30,059 nucleotides of DNA from an uncultured bacterium (GTDB lineage Bacteria > Acidobacteriota > UBA890), in contig CALAKE010000485.1 of assembly GCA_937922775.1 (NCBI GenBank), positions 1-30,059 of the forward strand, written 5' to 3'. Below the pieces are notes generated by a model. That model saw only the letters and a list, made by a program, of their open reading frames with translations, was not told the origin of the DNA and made no database searches. The stretch's first letter is position 1. Every line of letters begins with the position of its first letter. Positions 26,181-30,059 of the stretch are shown one piece after another. The translations under genes were made by a program, and so were the position numbers.

Positions 26181-27335
26181 TTGAGCAACCGAGCCAGACT
26201 GCCGGCGTTCGCGGTCGCTCTCGCGGCACTCGCACTGTCAGTGGGAGCCTCCGACGACGGGATTTCCGGCGCGGTGGCATCGCCCTGCATATCATCGGCT
26301 ATAGCTCTCGGGCAGGAACTCCAGGGCGAAACACGTCTCCCCCACGTTCTCATCGTCGCCACAGGTGGCACTATTGCCAGCCGTGCGGGCTCGCCCGAAA
26401 ACCTGTCAGGCTACAGCGTGGCCGACACAGGAGAGGACCTGGTCGCGGCCGTACCCGCCATCTCAGATGTCGCCAGGGTGACGGTGGAGCAGTACAGCAA
26501 CGTGCCATCCACGGCGCTGGCGCCGGCTGACTGGGTTCGAATCGCGCAACTCATCAACGGGGCACTGGAGCCACAAGAGGAGGGACCATTCGGGGATGTC
26601 GACGGAGTGGTCGTCACCCACGGCACGGATGCCCTCGAAGAGACTGCCTTCTTTCTCAACCTTACCGTCAGAAGCGAGAAGCCCGTTGTCGTGGTTGGGG
26701 CGATGCGCCCGGCCTCGGCCATTTCTGCAGATGGCCCCTTGAACCTGCTCAACGCGATTCGTGTGGCGGCCCATCCGTCATCGCGCGATCGCGGCGCCAT
26801 GGTTGTGCTCAATCAGGAAATCAACGCAGCAAGGGACGCTACAAAGGCCAATACGAGGATGGTACAGACCTTCGCCGCCCGAGGGCTGGGAGTCCTGGGC
26901 GTCGTGGATGGTGACCGTCCCGTCTACTACCGCGGCACCGAGCGCCGGCATACGCACGGATCGGAGTTCGACGTTCTTGTCCTCGAACCTGAGAATCTTC
27001 CGCGGGTTGACATCAGCTACACCTACGCCGGCTCTGACGGGACGGACGTGGACGCGTTCGTGGCCAACGGCGCCAGGGGCATCGTGGTGGCAACCGCCGG
27101 CGCTGGAGCTACCACGCGTGGGCAGTCCGCTGCGCTGCGACGAGCTTTCGAGGCAGGCGTCATCGTGGCGCGGTCGAGCCGGACTGGATCAGGACGGGTA
27201 GGGAGCGGCAGGTCTCGGGGCGGATCAGTGAGCGCCGATGATCTCAACCCACAGAAGGCGCGTATCCTCTTGATGCTCGCGCTCACCATCACCGAGAACC
27301 CAGGCGAGATCCAGCGAATCTTCAATACTTATTGA
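26181..27335 (+). CDS. Exported L-asparaginase/glutaminase (type II-like)
   Basis: Signal peptide, ATGGTIA, HGTDALEETA, GAMRP, DGPLNL, KANT and LNPQKARILLMLAL. Confidence 0.93.
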   Translation: MSNRARLPAFAVALAALALSVGASDDGISGAVASPCISSAIALGQELQGETRLPHVLIVATGGTIASRAGSPENLSGYSVADTGEDLVAAVPAISDVARVTVEQYSNVPSTALAPADWVRIAQLINGALEPQEEGPFGDVDGVVVTHGTDALEETAFFLNLTVRSEKPVVVVGAMRPASAISADGPLNLLNAIRVAAHPSSRDRGAMVVLNQEINAARDATKANTRMVQTFAARGLGVLGVVDGDRPVYYRGTERRHTHGSEFDVLVLEPENLPRVDISYTYAGSDGTDVDAFVANGARGIVVATAGAGATTRGQSAALRRAFEAGVIVARSSRTGSGRVGSGRSRGGSVSADDLNPQKARILLMLALTITENPGEIQRIFNTY

Positions 27336-28228
27336 TCCGGAATCAGCGCTACGACCCTGGCGGGCGCTCCAGTTCCATCAGCGATCTTCATCGGCATCGC
27401 GATGACCGCGAACCCCGATGCTGGCAGAGACTCGACGTTGGTCAGATTCTCGAGATTGAAAACGCTGGCGGCTCCCAGCACCTGATGCGCCTCGAACAAT
27501 GAGCTCACCCCCGGATCGATACTGGCGGTATCGATTCCCACCCCCGACACCTCACGCTCGGCCAATACTCTGGCCGCAGCCTCCGAGATCCCGGGGAAGT
27601 GCAGCGTGGTGACGTCCTCCGGCGTGTCGCTGCCGTAGTAGGCATTCCAGTCTGGCCAGAACCTTGCCCAGCCGGATCGGACGATGACAACTGCACCGGC
27701 AGGAATGGTGCCGTGCTGGCTTTCCCATGCCTCCAGGTCCTCGGGCTGTAGGGTCGCATCTGCGTCCGTAGAGCAGCGGTCGCTGATGTCAATGAGCACA
27801 CCTGGGCCAATGAGCTTGTTGACGGGGATCTCGGCGAGAGTCAGGCCACCTTCTGAGAAATGGATGGGGGCGTCGATGTGGGTTCCGAGGTGCTCTGGCG
27901 AGCTGAAGGATCCGGACGCGTACCAGAAGCCCATCTCATTGATCTGCCAGCCTTCCAGCTCGTGCTCGAATGCCGACCCAGTGGGCCAGTAGAGGCCTTC
28001 CGGGCTCAGAGGATATGTGAGGTCGACCAGATACATGCCATCGCCGGTGGCGAGTCGCTGAACGAGGCTTGCGACGTGGTCGGAGGACGCATTACTCAAT
28101 TCCGAAGGGTTCTCTCCCGTACTGTCCGAGACGCCACAGCTGACGGCGAAAATGGCGAGAGCAATCAAGAGGAAGGGGACAAAACCTGCACCGATGCTGA
28201 TATTGTGCAAGGAGTTGTTTCGTTGCAT
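27329..28228 (-). CDS. Cyclase family (kynurenine formamidase-like) lipoprotein
   Basis: EHLGTHIDAPIHF (HxGTHxDxPxH), GIDTASID, ENL and GTGAPARV; lipobox-like AVSC. SD GGAGG before ATG 28228; the longer ORF overlaps the next gene. Confidence 0.9.
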   Translation of the reverse strand: MQRNNSLHNISIGAGFVPFLLIALAIFAVSCGVSDSTGENPSELSNASSDHVASLVQRLATGDGMYLVDLTYPLSPEGLYWPTGSAFEHELEGWQINEMGFWYASGSFSSPEHLGTHIDAPIHFSEGGLTLAEIPVNKLIGPGVLIDISDRCSTDADATLQPEDLEAWESQHGTIPAGAVVIVRSGWARFWPDWNAYYGSDTPEDVTTLHFPGISEAAARVLAEREVSGVGIDTASIDPGVSSLFEAHQVLGAASVFNLENLTNVESLPASGFAVIAMPMKIADGTGAPARVVALIPDQ

Positions 28229-28279
28229 TGTGCGCCTCCGTGACATGTTTCGGGGAACGTTCAGATTTGAGGGTGCACC

Positions 28280-29461
28280 ATGACGAAGCTGATCGCCACC
28301 ACAGCGGTCGGGCTCGAGGAGATCGCCGCTCAAGACCTCCGCGACAGCTTCGGCCTCCCCGCTCTCGCAGGTCGGAACGGCGCCGTCAGCATCAGCATCT
28401 CGGGACCTGCGCCTTGTCCCGAGGTCATCGATACCGTCAGGATCCTGAATCACTGGAGTCGTAGCCTCAACCGAGTCGGGGTTATTCTCTGCGAGGGACA
28501 CTGTCCCGACCTCGATTCCTGCTACCAGCTTGCTCTCGGAGCCGACTACTCTCCGCTCATCGACTCGGAGCAGAGCTTCGCCATCCGGCCTCTGCGCAAA
28601 GGACAACATTCCTTTACATCGATCGACCTTGGGCGGGCTGTTGGCCAGGCGGTGATCGACAGTGTCAAAGAGGCGCAAGGGAAGAGGCTAGCTGTAGATC
28701 TCGATGAACCCGAGGCCATCTTGAGGGCAGGCTTGCACGGCGATGAGTTCCGCCTCTGGCTCGACACTACTGGCGACATGCCGCTGCACCGACGCAGCTA
28801 TAGAAAGCAGCACCATCCGGCTTCCTTGATGCCGAGCTTGGCGTATTTGATGCTCCGTATCGCGAACTGGGCCGGAGGGCCTCTGATCGACCCGATGTGC
28901 GGCATCGCGACCATACCGATCGAGGCTGCGCTGTACGCGCGCGGCATTCCCCCCGGGCAGTTCAGAACAGGCGGCTGGGCTTACGAGCGACTGCCTTGGA
29001 TGGAGCCGGAACCGCAGGCCACCGTCTCAGGGGGGACAATACCGAAGCCGTTGGTTGATCGAGATACCCGCCTCGAGATCCTCGGGGTCGAACGCTTCGA
29101 TCGGCATCTACAAGGTGCCTGGCTGAACATCGCCGAGGCGGGTTTGAGCGACGAGCTGCGCGTGGTGCAGGGCGACGCTGCCGACTTGGAATCTGTCCTG
29201 GATGATTCGGAGAGCTATCCAGTAGCTGTGCTCAACCCACCCTATGGCCGCCGGATTGGGTCGCGTGGCCAGACGGAGATCTTGTATGGTCGTTTTTGCC
29301 AATCGGCTCAGAGGTCGGGAATTCGCCGGATCGTGGTGATCACTGAGCTACTGCGCGCGATGGAGCGGTCGGTGCGAGACGCCAACTACGAGATCACGGC
29401 CCGACATCCGGTCATGTACGGTGATCTCAGGGCCGTCATCTTTGTTGCCGAACAGGCCTAG
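28280..29461 (+). CDS. THUMP-domain class I SAM-dependent RNA guanine-N2 methyltransferase (Trm14/TrmN/RlmL-like)
   Basis: N-terminal TTAVGLEE, THUMP region, DTTGDMPLHRR, DPMCGIAT, GDA and NPPYG. Confidence 0.88.
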   Translation: MTKLIATTAVGLEEIAAQDLRDSFGLPALAGRNGAVSISISGPAPCPEVIDTVRILNHWSRSLNRVGVILCEGHCPDLDSCYQLALGADYSPLIDSEQSFAIRPLRKGQHSFTSIDLGRAVGQAVIDSVKEAQGKRLAVDLDEPEAILRAGLHGDEFRLWLDTTGDMPLHRRSYRKQHHPASLMPSLAYLMLRIANWAGGPLIDPMCGIATIPIEAALYARGIPPGQFRTGGWAYERLPWMEPEPQATVSGGTIPKPLVDRDTRLEILGVERFDRHLQGAWLNIAEAGLSDELRVVQGDAADLESVLDDSESYPVAVLNPPYGRRIGSRGQTEILYGRFCQSAQRSGIRRIVVITELLRAMERSVRDANYEITARHPVMYGDLRAVIFVAEQA

Positions 29462-29536
29462 ACGGGGTCCTTCCAACCGGCGATGTTCGAGTAGTTGCCG
29501 CGCCACGATCTCGACAAACCCAAAGGGAGAAAGCTG

Positions 29537-30059
29537 ATGTGTCTTTCGCGCTGGCTGGTGGTCGTGTTCTCAACAGCTATGTTGCTCACCTGCGCGAGAC
29601 CGGCGCCAGATCAGGATGAGCCCGCCAGTTTCGTCCTCATCCAAACTGAGATGGGCCGGATCGAAGTGGCTATGGACCGAGACCGAGCACCAGCCACCGT
29701 GGACAATTTCCTCGAGTATGTCAGCGGGGGGCACTTCACCAATGGACAGTTCCACCGCACCGTCACGCTCGACAACCAGCCAGACAACGACATCCTGATC
29801 GAGGTTGTCCAGGCCAGCGTGAACCGTGAGTTCCGCGAGAGCGGCTTCGATCCCATCGCGCTCGAACGGACGAGTGTGACCGGACTCAAGCATCTGGATG
29901 GAACGATTTCGATGGCACGAGGCGGGCCCGACACTGCCACCTCGAGTTTCTTCATCTGCATTGGCGACCAGCCCTCACTCGATTTTGGCGGCATGCGCAA
30001 CGCAGACGGTCAGGGCTTCGCGGCATTCGGGCGTGTCACTCACGGGATGGACGTGGTGC
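29537..30059 (+). CDS. Cyclophilin-type peptidyl-prolyl isomerase (runs off the window end)
   Basis: Own translation: signal peptide, then VLIQTEMGRIEV..APATVDNFLEYV..FHR..GTISMAR..TATSSFFI..GFAAFGRV. No stop before the window end, so not in the ORF track. Confidence 0.93.
   Translation, partial: MCLSRWLVVVFSTAMLLTCARPAPDQDEPASFVLIQTEMGRIEVAMDRDRAPATVDNFLEYVSGGHFTNGQFHRTVTLDNQPDNDILIEVVQASVNREFRESGFDPIALERTSVTGLKHLDGTISMARGGPDTATSSFFICIGDQPSLDFGGMRNADGQGFAAFGRVTHGMDVV

Noticed and set aside
28229-28678. 150-aa N-terminal extension of the cyclase ORF
   Set aside because: It is the antisense shadow of the methyltransferase gene; a good SD and signal peptide begin at 28228.
188-30000. The many remaining short ORFs in the six-frame track
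   Set aside because: They overlap better-supported genes in other frames and have the Arg/Pro/Ser/Ala-rich composition typical of shadow ORFs in GC-rich DNA.

Overview
GC-rich bacterial chromosomal window, probably Acidobacteriota (inference from gene families, not tested). It holds about 31 protein-coding genes and no recognisable rRNA, tRNA, CRISPR array or transposase. Most genes are housekeeping or envelope genes: two PLP aminotransferases, an ACT protein, two outer-membrane beta-barrels, a YhaO/YhaN (Mre11/Rad50-like) pair, SPFH/NfeD, LemA/HtpX, two PilZ proteins, an asparaginase, a cyclase, a THUMP methyltransferase and a partial cyclophilin. The standout is an accessory module at about 8.9-14.6 kb. 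A near-consensus sigma54 promoter with an upstream palindrome precedes an NHL beta-propeller gene, two tandem copies of a secreted 54-aa 8-Cys/5-Trp acidic peptide under strong purifying selection, and a membrane-anchored CxxC thioredoxin. This operon is flanked by a sigma54 activator and an ECF sigma/zinc anti-sigma pair. Other points: a 49-aa ribosomal protein Thx (bS31) gene missed by the ORF track, a candidate ~150-nt sRNA, clustered DnaA-box matches, an unusual multi-HTH protein, an archaeal Trm14-like methyltransferase, and a PilZ gene sitting antisense between lemA and htpX. Family assignments come from motif recognition only; no database searches were run.
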